64,000 bases of DNA from an uncultured delta proteobacterium (lineage in GTDB: Bacteria; Myxococcota_A; Polyangia; Fen-1088). Position numbers and translations under genes: made by a program. How positions within the stretch are numbered: position 1 is the stretch's first letter; every line of letters starts with the position of its first letter. The stretch is from NCBI GenBank assembly GCA_963767925.1, contig CAVYGB010000008.1, forward strand, positions 1,472,001-1,536,000. Reading direction: 5' to 3'. The notes under the pieces are model-generated. The model ran no database searches and was not told the origin of the DNA. It worked only from the letters and a program-made list of their open reading frames with translations. Positions 22,473 to 33,251 of this stretch are shown here, one piece after another.

Positions 22473-22574
22473 GTTTCAAGAAAAGATCGGCAGAACCCGA
22501 GGGTGGGTGAGGGGTCGCTCGTAGGCACTAGATTTCCCTGGTATCCGCGGTCGGATCTCTTAAATGTACGTCTC

Positions 22575-24499
<1,925 letters not shown>

Positions 24500-24616
24500 C
24501 GGCGGGCGCCGCCAGCGTGGCGAGCAAGGTGGCCGGCAAACTGATCAGCTGGCTCTGTGCGGCGAACGGTGACATTCGCTTGGTCCTCGACCGATCCTGT
24601 GCATAATGTCGAGCCC

Positions 24617-25027
24617 GTGACGCCGCGCTGGTACCGAATTATTCTGGTCTCGGTGGCGTTGGTTGGCTGTGGAGGGGACGAAGACCGGCCCCCAACCTGG
24701 AGCTACATCTCTCCGGGGATCATTCAGCCAAACTGCGCGACCTCCAGTTGTCATAGCCGCGGAGCCGCGGTCTCTGGCCTGGACCTGTCGTCGACGCAAG
24801 CTGGGTACGACAGCCTCTTCAACCAGAGGCTGGCGCCCAGTGCGTTATTGCCCAACCGACAGATGGTGACCCGCAGGCTGGTCACCCCCGGGAGCCCGAC
24901 GGAGTCCCGGGTGGTCAACATGATGCGTGCCTACGGCGCCAGTCGCATGCCGCCGGACCGGCCACTCGCCGAAGCGGATATCGCGCTCATCGAGGAGTGG
25001 ATCCTGGCCGGAGCAAAGAATGAGTAG
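24617..25027 (+). CDS. Small monohaem c-type cytochrome lipoprotein with a CX4CH haem motif
   Basis: Lipobox LVGC, CATSSCH (24734-24754), LVTPGSPTESR, distal Met in RMPP and terminal EEWILAGA. This resembles planctomycete cytochrome c domains. Confidence 0.72.
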   Translation: MTPRWYRIILVSVALVGCGGDEDRPPTWSYISPGIIQPNCATSSCHSRGAAVSGLDLSSTQAGYDSLFNQRLAPSALLPNRQMVTRRLVTPGSPTESRVVNMMRAYGASRMPPDRPLAEADIALIEEWILAGAKNE

Positions 25028-26171
25028 AGCCATCCAGGCGGGATTGTTTGCCGTAGCCGCCGGGCTGATGTTTTCAGGGACCGCTTTCGCATATCCGCAG
25101 TGGCAGTTCTCGAGCGGCACCAGCCGCTGCAGCCAGTGCCACTACTCGCCCTCCGGCGGTGGGCTCATCAACGGCTACGGTCGTGATGCCTCGGCCGAAG
25201 AGCTGTCCACCTGGGAGGGCGACGGCAGCTTCTTCCACGGGACGATGGACCTGCCGAGCTCCCTGGCCCTCGGCTTCGACGGCCGCTATTCGGTGCTGGC
25301 CCAGAACACGGGCGAGGCCAACGGGACCACCGTGGCCAACTTCCCCATGCAGGCGGACGCCTACGCCCGCCTAGGGCTCAGCGACGCCCTCTCGGTCTAC
25401 GCCAGCCTCGGTTATCGGGGCCAGGTTCGCTCGGTCGATGAGCCGACTGGCACGGGGGCGGCGTTGCCCATCGCCTCCCGCTTCATCTCCCGCGAGCACT
25501 ATCTGATGTGGCGGCCGGCCGCGATGGGCATCTACGCCCGGGTCGGTCGCTTCTTCGCCCCTTTCGGCCTGCGGCTGGCCGAGCACACCACGTACGTCCG
25601 CCGCGACCTGGGCTTCAACCTGCTCGAGGAGTCGTACAACCTGTCGCTCGGATACCTGCAGAGCGGCTACGAGATTCACGTCACCGCCTTCATGCCCGAC
25701 CTCCTTCGGAACGTCGGCGGAAATGAGCTGGGCGCGGCCGCCATGCTGGAGCGGCGGGTGGGGGACGCGAGCGCTCTGGGTCTACAAGGTCGCTACGGCC
25801 AGAGCGACGATCTCACCCGGTTCATCGGAGGGATCTTCATGAAGACCTACCTCGATTCAACCCGGGCCTTGATCCAGGCGGAGCTCAACGTCGTCCACTC
25901 GACGGCCACCGAGGGGGGGGCTACTACCGATGGGTTCGTCGGGTATGCCGGTATCAGCTTCTTCCCAACCAAGGGTCTTTGGGTTACACCTTTCGCTGAG
26001 CGCAGGCAGACCAGCATCGCAGTGCGTGATACCGCGACGGACGCGGGCGGCGTGCAGATCAATTGGTTTCCCTACCCGCACTTCGAGCTGACCTGGATGG
26101 GTAGGTTCCAGATTCCGGCGGGCGACTCCACGGCCCTCACCAGCATGTTCTTCTTCCACTACTACCTATGA
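25020..26171 (+). CDS. Cyc2-like fused cytochrome-porin: N-terminal CxxCH plus a predicted outer-membrane beta-barrel
   Basis: Signal peptide ending AFA, then YPQWQFSSGTSRCSQCH (25128-25142) and ..GGGLINGYGR. The remainder has alternating amphipathic strands and an aromatic C-terminus FFFHYYL. Confidence 0.68.
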   Translation: MSRAIQAGLFAVAAGLMFSGTAFAYPQWQFSSGTSRCSQCHYSPSGGGLINGYGRDASAEELSTWEGDGSFFHGTMDLPSSLALGFDGRYSVLAQNTGEANGTTVANFPMQADAYARLGLSDALSVYASLGYRGQVRSVDEPTGTGAALPIASRFISREHYLMWRPAAMGIYARVGRFFAPFGLRLAEHTTYVRRDLGFNLLEESYNLSLGYLQSGYEIHVTAFMPDLLRNVGGNELGAAAMLERRVGDASALGLQGRYGQSDDLTRFIGGIFMKTYLDSTRALIQAELNVVHSTATEGGATTDGFVGYAGISFFPTKGLWVTPFAERRQTSIAVRDTATDAGGVQINWFPYPHFELTWMGRFQIPAGDSTALTSMFFFHYYL

Positions 26172-26806
26172 AAAAACCAAAGCTCGCAAAGCAGTTGGCC
26201 CTCTGTGCGATCGTGGTGGTGGGGGCGTCTTGCGCGGCAGAGGTCCCCCCCGACGTCCCCTCCTGGGATCTGGACGTCTATCCCATCCTCCGCGGGAGCT
26301 GTGGCCACTGCCACGGCGTGACCGTGAACGGGATGGCCCAGCCCCTGACCCGTTACGACGTCTGCGACTCCGCAGCGTTCTCGGGCAAGGGGCTCAACGT
26401 GAGCCCCGGCGCGACCGCGGGCGCGATCCTCATCTCGATGTTCGTGAAGCCGCAGGCCGGCGGGGCGCGGATGCCGCCGCCCCCCGCGGCGCCCCTCACG
26501 GACTACGAGCGCACGGTGCTCGAGCGCTGGGGAAAGAACCCCAAGTGCAACAAGCAGGTTCCCAACCGCAAGCCCCTGCTCCGGGTAGTGCAGGCGCTGG
26601 CCAGGCAGGGCGGTCGAGCCAGCGTGACCCTCGAGGTGAGTGATCCCGATGGCGACCAGGTGATGGGCAAGGCGAAGCTCGGCGGCGCGGAGTTCGTCAT
26701 CCAGGGCTCCGGGCGCTGGCCGATCGAGTTCAACGGCGCCGGGGCCAACGATCGGCTCACCGTCTCGCTGTTCGACGGCTACGAGGCCGTCGACTTCATG
26801 CCCTGA
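26168..26806 (+). CDS. Monohaem c-type cytochrome lipoprotein with a C-terminal Ig/cadherin-like domain
   Basis: Lipobox GASC, VYPILRGSCGHCHG (26300-26314), RMPP...LERW, then NRKP...SDPDGD. Confidence 0.72.
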   Translation: MKKPKLAKQLALCAIVVVGASCAAEVPPDVPSWDLDVYPILRGSCGHCHGVTVNGMAQPLTRYDVCDSAAFSGKGLNVSPGATAGAILISMFVKPQAGGARMPPPPAAPLTDYERTVLERWGKNPKCNKQVPNRKPLLRVVQALARQGGRASVTLEVSDPDGDQVMGKAKLGGAEFVIQGSGRWPIEFNGAGANDRLTVSLFDGYEAVDFMP

Positions 26807-27367
26807 TCAGAGCAGCCGGGTCAGGTCGACCTTGAAGGCGTGCGCGCAGTAGTAGCGCAGCTCTTCCAGGCTCGCCTTCACGTCGGCCATGGCCCGGTGG
26901 TTGACCGGGCCGTGGGGGTAGCTGATCTGCGGGTACCAGGCGTTGACCAGGGCGCTCAGCGTCCCGATGTCGACCTGTCGGAAGTGCAGGTGTTGCTCCA
27001 GCCGGGGCATGTGGCGCGCCAGGAAGCGCCAGTCGTGAAAGACCGAGTTGCCGGCCAGCAGACCTTCACCGGCCGGACAGTGGGGGGCGATGGCGGTCAG
27101 GACGGCCCGCTCGGCCTCGCGCAAGGACACGCCTGAGCTGCGCACGGCTGCCAGCAGGCCGTTTTCGCTGTGCATGCGGCGCACCCGATCGCTCATCCGC
27201 TCGAGGAACTCCTCGGGGGCAGCGACGACACATTCGACCTCCACCAGGGGTTTGAGGTCGGCGCCGGTGACCACCGCGCCGATCTCGAGAACGGCGTCGG
27301 AGGCCGGGTTCAGGCCGGTCATCTCGAGGTCGATCCAGACCAACCGCACGTCCCGGGACACGCTCAT
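26807..27367 (-). CDS. orn: Oligoribonuclease
   Basis: LVWIDLEMTGL, MHSENGL, LAGNSV and HRAMADV. Start placed at ATG 27367. Confidence 0.92.
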   Translation of the reverse strand: MSVSRDVRLVWIDLEMTGLNPASDAVLEIGAVVTGADLKPLVEVECVVAAPEEFLERMSDRVRRMHSENGLLAAVRSSGVSLREAERAVLTAIAPHCPAGEGLLAGNSVFHDWRFLARHMPRLEQHLHFRQVDIGTLSALVNAWYPQISYPHGPVNHRAMADVKASLEELRYYCAHAFKVDLTRLL

Positions 27368-27383
27368 TCGGGCGTTTCGGAAT

Positions 27384-28703
27384 CTAACCCGCCGGGCGGG
27401 GCGGGCGGTCAACAAAAGCACGGTCGGGCACCCCGGGCGCGGGCGGAAGCAGCTCGGACAGCGTCAAGCCGTCGATGCGCTTGCGCCGCCCCTCCTCGAG
27501 GTCGTGTACGAGCTGCGCCAGGGCGGGGGAGAGCGTCCCGGGCGCGATCTCCAGGTCGGTGGCGCGGAAGGCGGTCAAAATGTCCGCCACGGTGATACCG
27601 CCGGCCGCGCGGGCGGGGATGAGCCCCTCCTTGTCACCGCGCACCTCGGCAATCAGCCCCTGCTGCTTGAGCCGCTCGACGAGGCGCCCCACCACGTCGG
27701 CGCTGAGCCCGAAGTCACGAGCCAGGTGCTCGCGCTCGATACCCCGGCCGCCGCGCTCGTGGTTGGCCGCCACCGCCGCCAGTAGCTGAGTCGCGACGAG
27801 CCCGTTGATCGGCTCGGCGGTGTGCTGCCGGCGCTCCTCCGCCTCGAGGAGCTGCAGGTTCTGGAAGGCGTGGGCGATCTCGGCCCCCAGCAGGACAAGC
27901 AGCCAGGAGATGTAGATCCAGAGCAGCAGCATCGGGACCAGGGCCAGCGGGCCGTACACGCCGGCGTAGCTCTCGAGCAGCATCTGCTTGGCGAACTTGA
28001 GAAAGCCCCACTTGAGCGCCTCGAGGGCCACCCCGGTGACGAGGGCCCCGGTGAAGGCGGCTCGCCAGCGGACCAGGACGTTGGGCAGGAGCTTGTTGGT
28101 CAGCAGGAGGGCGGCGAACTGGATGGCGAGCGGCCCCAGGACCTGGACCCAGCTCCCCTCGCCGATCAGCCGGCCCGACCAGTAAAAGGAGGCCCCGCCC
28201 AGGATCGGCACCAGGGTCACCAGGGCGTAAAAGGTCAGGAACTTGCCCACCAGCGAGCGCCGCGACGGCGCCCGCCAGATGTCGTTGAACGTGCGTTCGA
28301 CCGACGAGTAGAGCGAGTAGCAGGTGAGCAGGGTGATGATGAGGCCGAAGCCGCCCGCCGCACCGATGCTGATCTTGGCCGAGAAGGCCTTGAGGTAGGG
28401 GGAGGCCTCCCGGAGGTCGGGCAAGATGTAGGTCGCGATGTAGTCGAGCAGGCGGTCCTCGGCGTCGCCCGAACCCACCGTCTTCAGCAGGGCGAAGGCG
28501 ATCGCGAGGATGGGCACCATCGACAGCGTGGCCTGGTAGGAGAGGGCCGCCGCCTGCTGCGGGCAGCGGTCCCGGGCCCACTGCTTGAGGATGCGCAGGC
28601 CGAGCCGACCCACGAAGATGCCGGCCCGGGCCCGCCCGGTGAGATGGGCCGCGGGCGCGCTCTCGGTGAAGTAGGCGCGAATCTGTGCCAGCGTCCGCCG
28701 CAT
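27384..28703 (-). CDS. YihY/BrkB family inner-membrane protein with a C-terminal winged-helix (Rrf2-like) extension
   Basis: AAALSY..LSMVP, ERTFNDIW and YAGVYG.LA.VP.LLLWIYISWLLVLLGAE. The tail reads LVERLKQQGLI. Confidence 0.85.
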   Translation of the reverse strand: MRRTLAQIRAYFTESAPAAHLTGRARAGIFVGRLGLRILKQWARDRCPQQAAALSYQATLSMVPILAIAFALLKTVGSGDAEDRLLDYIATYILPDLREASPYLKAFSAKISIGAAGGFGLIITLLTCYSLYSSVERTFNDIWRAPSRRSLVGKFLTFYALVTLVPILGGASFYWSGRLIGEGSWVQVLGPLAIQFAALLLTNKLLPNVLVRWRAAFTGALVTGVALEALKWGFLKFAKQMLLESYAGVYGPLALVPMLLLWIYISWLLVLLGAEIAHAFQNLQLLEAEERRQHTAEPINGLVATQLLAAVAANHERGGRGIEREHLARDFGLSADVVGRLVERLKQQGLIAEVRGDKEGLIPARAAGGITVADILTAFRATDLEIAPGTLSPALAQLVHDLEEGRRKRIDGLTLSELLPPAPGVPDRAFVDRPPRPAG

Positions 28704-28743
28704 CCCCCCTAGAACATCGGCCGCGCCGACGTTTTCGGGAGCT

Positions 28744-30318
28744 TCAGGGCAGGGGCGGTCCGCCGGTCAGCGCGGCCAGGCGGGGGCTGCGGCGGGGAAC
28801 GTCGGCCGGCGCTGCCACCAGGGGGGCCAGCTCGGGCTCGGGCACGTCGGCCAGGGCGGCCCGCCAGTCGCCGTAGCGGCCACCGGCCCGGGCGGCCTGG
28901 ATCGCCGCCCGACCGGCGGCGAACCCGCCCTGGGCCAGGCGGTATTCGATGAAGGCCCACTTGGGGGGGGTGGGCCGCAGCTCGACCCGCCCGGCGACCC
29001 GGGCGCGGAGGAGGGCCAGTCGGGCTTCGATCTCCCCGATGGGGGTGAAGGGGTGGCGATCGAGGGGCGTGTTGCGCTTGGCCACGAAGGGCGCGATCCC
29101 GAACACGACCCGGGGCGCGATCCGGGACAGCTCGAGGGCGAACCGCCCGAGCTCCTCCACGTCGGTCATCGTCTCACCCGGCAGGCCGAGCATCAGGTAA
29201 AGCTTGAGCTGCGTCAGCCCGTGGGTGCGGCACAGCTCGGCCGCGCGGAGCAGGTGCTTCTCGTGGGTCCGACGCTCGATCTGGATGCGCATCCGCTCCG
29301 AGGCGCCATCCGAGGCGGTGGTGAGGGTGCGGTATCCGCCCCGCTTGAGGAGGCCGACGATCTCGTCGGTGAGCCGGTCGGCCCGCAAGCTGGAGATGCC
29401 GACCTCGCGGCCCGCATCGACGAGCCCCCGCAAGATGACCGGGAGCTTGGGGTGATCGGTGACGGCGGCCCCCACCAGGCCCACCCGAGCGGCGTCGCTC
29501 GGGACCCGGGCCAGCACCACCTCGGGGGGCACCAGGCGCATGCCCCCGTTCGTCGACCGGCGCATCACGCAGTACGTGCAGCCCCGGTGGCAGCCCCGCT
29601 CGGGCTCGATCAGGAACATGTTCGAGAGCTCGGTGTGGGGGGTCCGGATCTGGGAGTAGGCGGGCAGCCGGTGGTTGCCGGCGGCGGCGATGGCCGGCGG
29701 GGTCTCGCCGTGCCGGCTCGGCACGTAAAAGCCGGGGCGGTCCGCCAGCTCGGCGAGCATCTGCTCGCGGTCCTGCTGGCCAAGGCTCGCGTCCTTGATC
29801 CGCTCCATGAGCTCGGGCAACACGTCCTCGGCCTCGCCCAGGATCAACACGTCGGCGTACGGTCCGGCCGGAACCGGGTTGGAGAAGGTGAGGGGGCCTC
29901 CCACCACGATCAGCGGGTGCTGGCGGGGCGAGGCCGCCCGATCCGCGGCCAGGACCGGGATGCCGGCCATGTCCAGGCAGTCGACGAGACCGGCCAGTTC
30001 CAGCTCGTACGAGACGGAGAACGCTATCACCGGAAAGTCGCCGACCGGGCGCCCCGACTCGTAGGTGAGCAGGGTCTCGCGCAGGCGGCGGGCCTCGCGG
30101 GCGTCGTCGGGGAGGAAGGCGCGCTCCGCCGCGCAACCCGGGAGCTCGTTGAGCAGGCGGTAGACGGTCTGGTATCCCAGCGACGACATCCCGACCCGGT
30201 AGGGGCTCGGGTAGACCAGGGCTACCGCGAGGTCGGCCTGCCGGTGGATCGTGCCGATCTCGTCGCGCAGCCGTTGTGCGCGGATCTCCCGAAAATCCGC
30301 CGAGCCTCGGTTCTTCAT
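28744..30318 (-). CDS. Radical SAM protein with an N-terminal B12-binding-like region
   Basis: YRVGMSSLG, FSVSYELE, CxxxCxxC as CHRGCTYC, SSLRAD and KLYLMLGLPGET. Confidence 0.85.
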   Translation of the reverse strand: MKNRGSADFREIRAQRLRDEIGTIHRQADLAVALVYPSPYRVGMSSLGYQTVYRLLNELPGCAAERAFLPDDAREARRLRETLLTYESGRPVGDFPVIAFSVSYELELAGLVDCLDMAGIPVLAADRAASPRQHPLIVVGGPLTFSNPVPAGPYADVLILGEAEDVLPELMERIKDASLGQQDREQMLAELADRPGFYVPSRHGETPPAIAAAGNHRLPAYSQIRTPHTELSNMFLIEPERGCHRGCTYCVMRRSTNGGMRLVPPEVVLARVPSDAARVGLVGAAVTDHPKLPVILRGLVDAGREVGISSLRADRLTDEIVGLLKRGGYRTLTTASDGASERMRIQIERRTHEKHLLRAAELCRTHGLTQLKLYLMLGLPGETMTDVEELGRFALELSRIAPRVVFGIAPFVAKRNTPLDRHPFTPIGEIEARLALLRARVAGRVELRPTPPKWAFIEYRLAQGGFAAGRAAIQAARAGGRYGDWRAALADVPEPELAPLVAAPADVPRRSPRLAALTGGPPLP

Positions 30319-30378
30319 CGAAGGGACGGGGAGTCTACGCCGCGGGCATCACCGGCACCACCGGCCATCGGCCCGTCA

Positions 30379-30414
30379 ACCGACGCCCGGCAGCGACCGA
30401 CCGACGCCCGGCAG
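30379..30414. repeat. 15-nt exact direct repeat with a 21-nt period in a divergent intergenic region
   Basis: ACCGACGCCCGGCAG at 30379-30393 and 30400-30414. Confidence 0.7.
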
Positions 30415-30512
30415 GCTTTTGACCCAGAGCACCGAATCCGGTACTGTAGGGTCCTAGGGCTCTGTCCACCGCGTCCGGGCGGGCCCATCGGGACCAGTTT
30501 CGGAAGGTGTTC

Positions 30513-31415
30513 ATGATGTCACGGAACCGCGGGTGGCTCGGTCGACTGATGGCGCTCTGTATCGTCCTCGGAACTGCGGAGATGGCGGGGGCACAAGATG
30601 CGCCGCCACCGAAGCTGACCGATGTCCAGAAGCGCCAGACCACCGAACACTACGAGAAGGCCACCAAGCTCTACAACCTCGGCAAATACGCGGAGGCGAT
30701 CGCGGAGTACCAGGCGGCGTACCTCATCTCCGCGGATCCGGTGATGCTCTACAACATCGCCCAGTGCCACCGCCTCGGCGACCAGCCCGAGGAGGCGGCC
30801 CGTTTCTTCAAGAACTTCTTGAGGAATGCACCCAATACCTCTCGCAGGGCCGAGGTGGAGAAGAAGATCGAGGACATGGAACGGCTCGCGGACGAGCGGC
30901 GGCGGCAAGGGCCGCCCTCCACCCCCTCGACTGACCCCGGGCCCGGCCAGCCCGGCCCGCTCGCTCAGGTGCCCCCGCCCGTGACCCCGCTCGAGCTCCC
31001 GCCGGCCGGCCCGCCCCCCGGGCCTGCGCCCGAGGCCTCGGTCCAGCAGAGCTTGCCGCCACCCCCCGGCGAGCCACCCAGCCGGGTCGTGCCGATGTCC
31101 CTCATGATCGGGGGCGGCACCCTGGTGGCCACCTCGCTGGTCTTCGCGGCCGTGGCCGGCTCCAAGGCCAAGCAGGTCGAGGAGAAATCCCGAGCGAACA
31201 ACGCCCGCTTCGACGATTCCCTCAAGAGCCTCGAGAAGAGCGGGAAGGCCGCCAGCGGCCTCGCCGTGCTGAGCGGCCTGGCCGGGCTGGCGGCGGGAGG
31301 GATCGGCGCCTACCTCTGGTTCCGCTCGTCCCCCGGGGAAGCGCCCCCCAGCGCGGCCCTGTATCCCATCACAGGACCCGGGCTGGCCGGAGCCGGCTTC
31401 AACCTCCGCTTCTGA
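30513..31415 (+). CDS. Secreted TPR protein with a Pro-rich linker and a hydrophobic Gly-rich C-terminus ending in Phe
   Basis: Signal peptide, TPR pattern GKYAEAIAEYQAAY..LYNIAQCHR, two hydrophobic helices, terminal GAGFNLRF. Confidence 0.8.
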   Translation: MMSRNRGWLGRLMALCIVLGTAEMAGAQDAPPPKLTDVQKRQTTEHYEKATKLYNLGKYAEAIAEYQAAYLISADPVMLYNIAQCHRLGDQPEEAARFFKNFLRNAPNTSRRAEVEKKIEDMERLADERRRQGPPSTPSTDPGPGQPGPLAQVPPPVTPLELPPAGPPPGPAPEASVQQSLPPPPGEPPSRVVPMSLMIGGGTLVATSLVFAAVAGSKAKQVEEKSRANNARFDDSLKSLEKSGKAASGLAVLSGLAGLAAGGIGAYLWFRSSPGEAPPSAALYPITGPGLAGAGFNLRF

Positions 31416-31422
31416 GAGGCCC

Positions 31423-32307
31423 ATGCGCGCGCTGAACCGCTTCGCGAAACCGACCTTCGGGATCCTGGCCGCCCTGCTGGCGCCGGTTTCGATCTCGACC
31501 TGTTACAACCCCAACATCGAGGAAGGCGCCTTCCTCTGTGGCAACGACGGCTCCTGTCCCGACGGCTTTCGCTGCGTCGACATGCGGTGTTTCAAGTCCG
31601 GCTCTCCCGGGGACGGGGGCGGCCCGGACTCGGGCACCGACGCCCGCCAGTGTTCGCCCGCCACCGGCACGACCGGGTGTGATCCGGTCTGTCAGACCGG
31701 CTGCCAGTCCAGCGAGCAGTGCACGCACAACGGGTCGGACAACCTTTGCCGGGCGGCCAGCACGCCGGGTGAGGCGCTCTACGCCTCCTGCGACTCGCTC
31801 CAGGACCGCTGCCGCGCGGGCCTGGTCTGCCTGCCGGAGTTCACCGAGAACTGCGGCAGCCACTGCTACCGATTCTGCCGGGAGGACGTCGACTGCGGGG
31901 AGAACTCCCGCTGTGTCGGGCAGGTCTCCGACGAGGCGATGCGATCGCTGTACAAGACCTGCAGTCCCCGGGGCGGCAACTGCAATCCGACCGGCAGCAG
32001 CCCCCGCTGCACCGACAACGCGCCGGCCGACCGGCAGTTCCCGGACTTCGCCTGTTACATCGTCTCGCCCGAATACCCCGACGAGACGGTGTGCGAGTGT
32101 GCCGGCACCATCGCCAAGGGCGAAGTCTGCGAACGCACCTACGAGTGCGCTCCGGGGAACGAGTGCATCCCGATCAACACGGACGTCCGCTGCCGCCGGC
32201 TGTGCACGCCGCCGCTGTCCCCGCTGCCGCCGGTCGCCTGCGACCTCGGCGAGATCTGCGTGCCGTTCCCGAGGACCAACCGCAAGGTCGGCTACTGTCG
32301 TCGGTAG
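31423..32307 (+). CDS. Cys-rich putative lipoprotein
   Basis: Hydrophobic leader ending ISTC, N-terminal CYNP...CGNDGSCPDGFRC motif, CDPVCQTGC and further Cys repeats. Confidence 0.75.
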   Translation: MRALNRFAKPTFGILAALLAPVSISTCYNPNIEEGAFLCGNDGSCPDGFRCVDMRCFKSGSPGDGGGPDSGTDARQCSPATGTTGCDPVCQTGCQSSEQCTHNGSDNLCRAASTPGEALYASCDSLQDRCRAGLVCLPEFTENCGSHCYRFCREDVDCGENSRCVGQVSDEAMRSLYKTCSPRGGNCNPTGSSPRCTDNAPADRQFPDFACYIVSPEYPDETVCECAGTIAKGEVCERTYECAPGNECIPINTDVRCRRLCTPPLSPLPPVACDLGEICVPFPRTNRKVGYCRR

Positions 32308-32481
32308 CCGACCCGCCCGGTTCATGTGAGCACCGTCGCATCGCCCCGAGCGGACCGGGCGCGGCCTCAGCCTCGGGGGGCGTCGGGGTCCCGCGCCCCC
32401 GGATGGGGGCAAGCCGGGGGGCAGGCGGTCCGGCAAACCAGGCGCGAACGAGCGAGTTCACTCCATAAAGTTTTCGAACCC

Positions 32482-32490
32482 TGATAGGCT
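32482..32490 (+). promoter_or_regulatory. Extended -10 box (TGA-TAGGCT) 7 nt before the ECF sigma start
   Basis: TGA TAGGCT GGCAGAG ATG. Confidence 0.55.
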
Positions 32491-32497
32491 GGCAGAG

Positions 32498-33220
32498 ATG
32501 AGCCCTGATTCCCCGCCCGGACCGGGGGCCCCAAGCGGCCCCGCCCGGTCTTCCTGGGCGCAGGAAGGATCGGGAGACGGATCGGGAAACGGATCGGGAG
32601 ACGGATCGGGTGAGCGTGGCGATCCCACCGCCCTGTCCGACGATCAACTCGTCGAACGGGCACGGCGGCGTGACCTGGCCGCGTTCGAGCAGCTCGTCGG
32701 CCGCCACGAGGAGCGGCTGTACCGGGTGGCCATGCGCCTGCTGCGCAACGAGAACGATGCCCGGGAGGTGCTGCAGGATGCCCTCCTCTCGGCCTGGCAG
32801 AACCTCGACGGCTTCGCGGGACGGGCCCAGTTCGGCACCTGGATCTACCGGGTCACGGTCAACGGCGCGCTCATGCTGCTGCGGTCACGCCGGCGCCGGC
32901 CCACGGTCTCGGTCGAGGAGCTGGCGCCCGCGGCCTTCGACGACGCGGTCGACGAGAGCCTGCGCGACGCGGGGGGCGACTGGTCCAAGCGGCCGGACGA
33001 GCAGCTCCAGTCGGGCGAGCTGAAGAGCCACATCGAGGAGGCGCTCGACGAGCTGCCCGAAATATTGCGCCTGGTCTTTCTTTTACGCGACGTGGAAGGG
33101 CTCTCGACCGAGGAGACGGCCGACGTCCTGAACGTGACGGTGCCAACTGTCAAGACCCGGCTGCACCGCGCCCGTCTCGCGCTCCGTCAAGCTATTACCG
33201 CATACTTCGAAAAGAACTAG
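32498..33220 (+). CDS. ECF-family RNA polymerase sigma factor
   Basis: Region 2 DAREVLQDALLSAW..FGTWIYRV and region 4 EGLSTEETADVLNVTVPTVKTRLHRAR. Confidence 0.92.
   Translation: MSPDSPPGPGAPSGPARSSWAQEGSGDGSGNGSGDGSGERGDPTALSDDQLVERARRRDLAAFEQLVGRHEERLYRVAMRLLRNENDAREVLQDALLSAWQNLDGFAGRAQFGTWIYRVTVNGALMLLRSRRRRPTVSVEELAPAAFDDAVDESLRDAGGDWSKRPDEQLQSGELKSHIEEALDELPEILRLVFLLRDVEGLSTEETADVLNVTVPTVKTRLHRARLALRQAITAYFEKN
32567..32614 (+). repeat. 12-nt tandem repeat, 4 copies, encoding GSG(D/N/E) in the sigma factor N-terminus
   Basis: GGATCGGGAGAC GGATCGGGAAAC GGATCGGGAGAC GGATCGGGTGAG. Confidence 0.85.
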
Positions 33221-33251
33221 CCCCAACCCCCTCTATACTCCGGCGCTGGAT

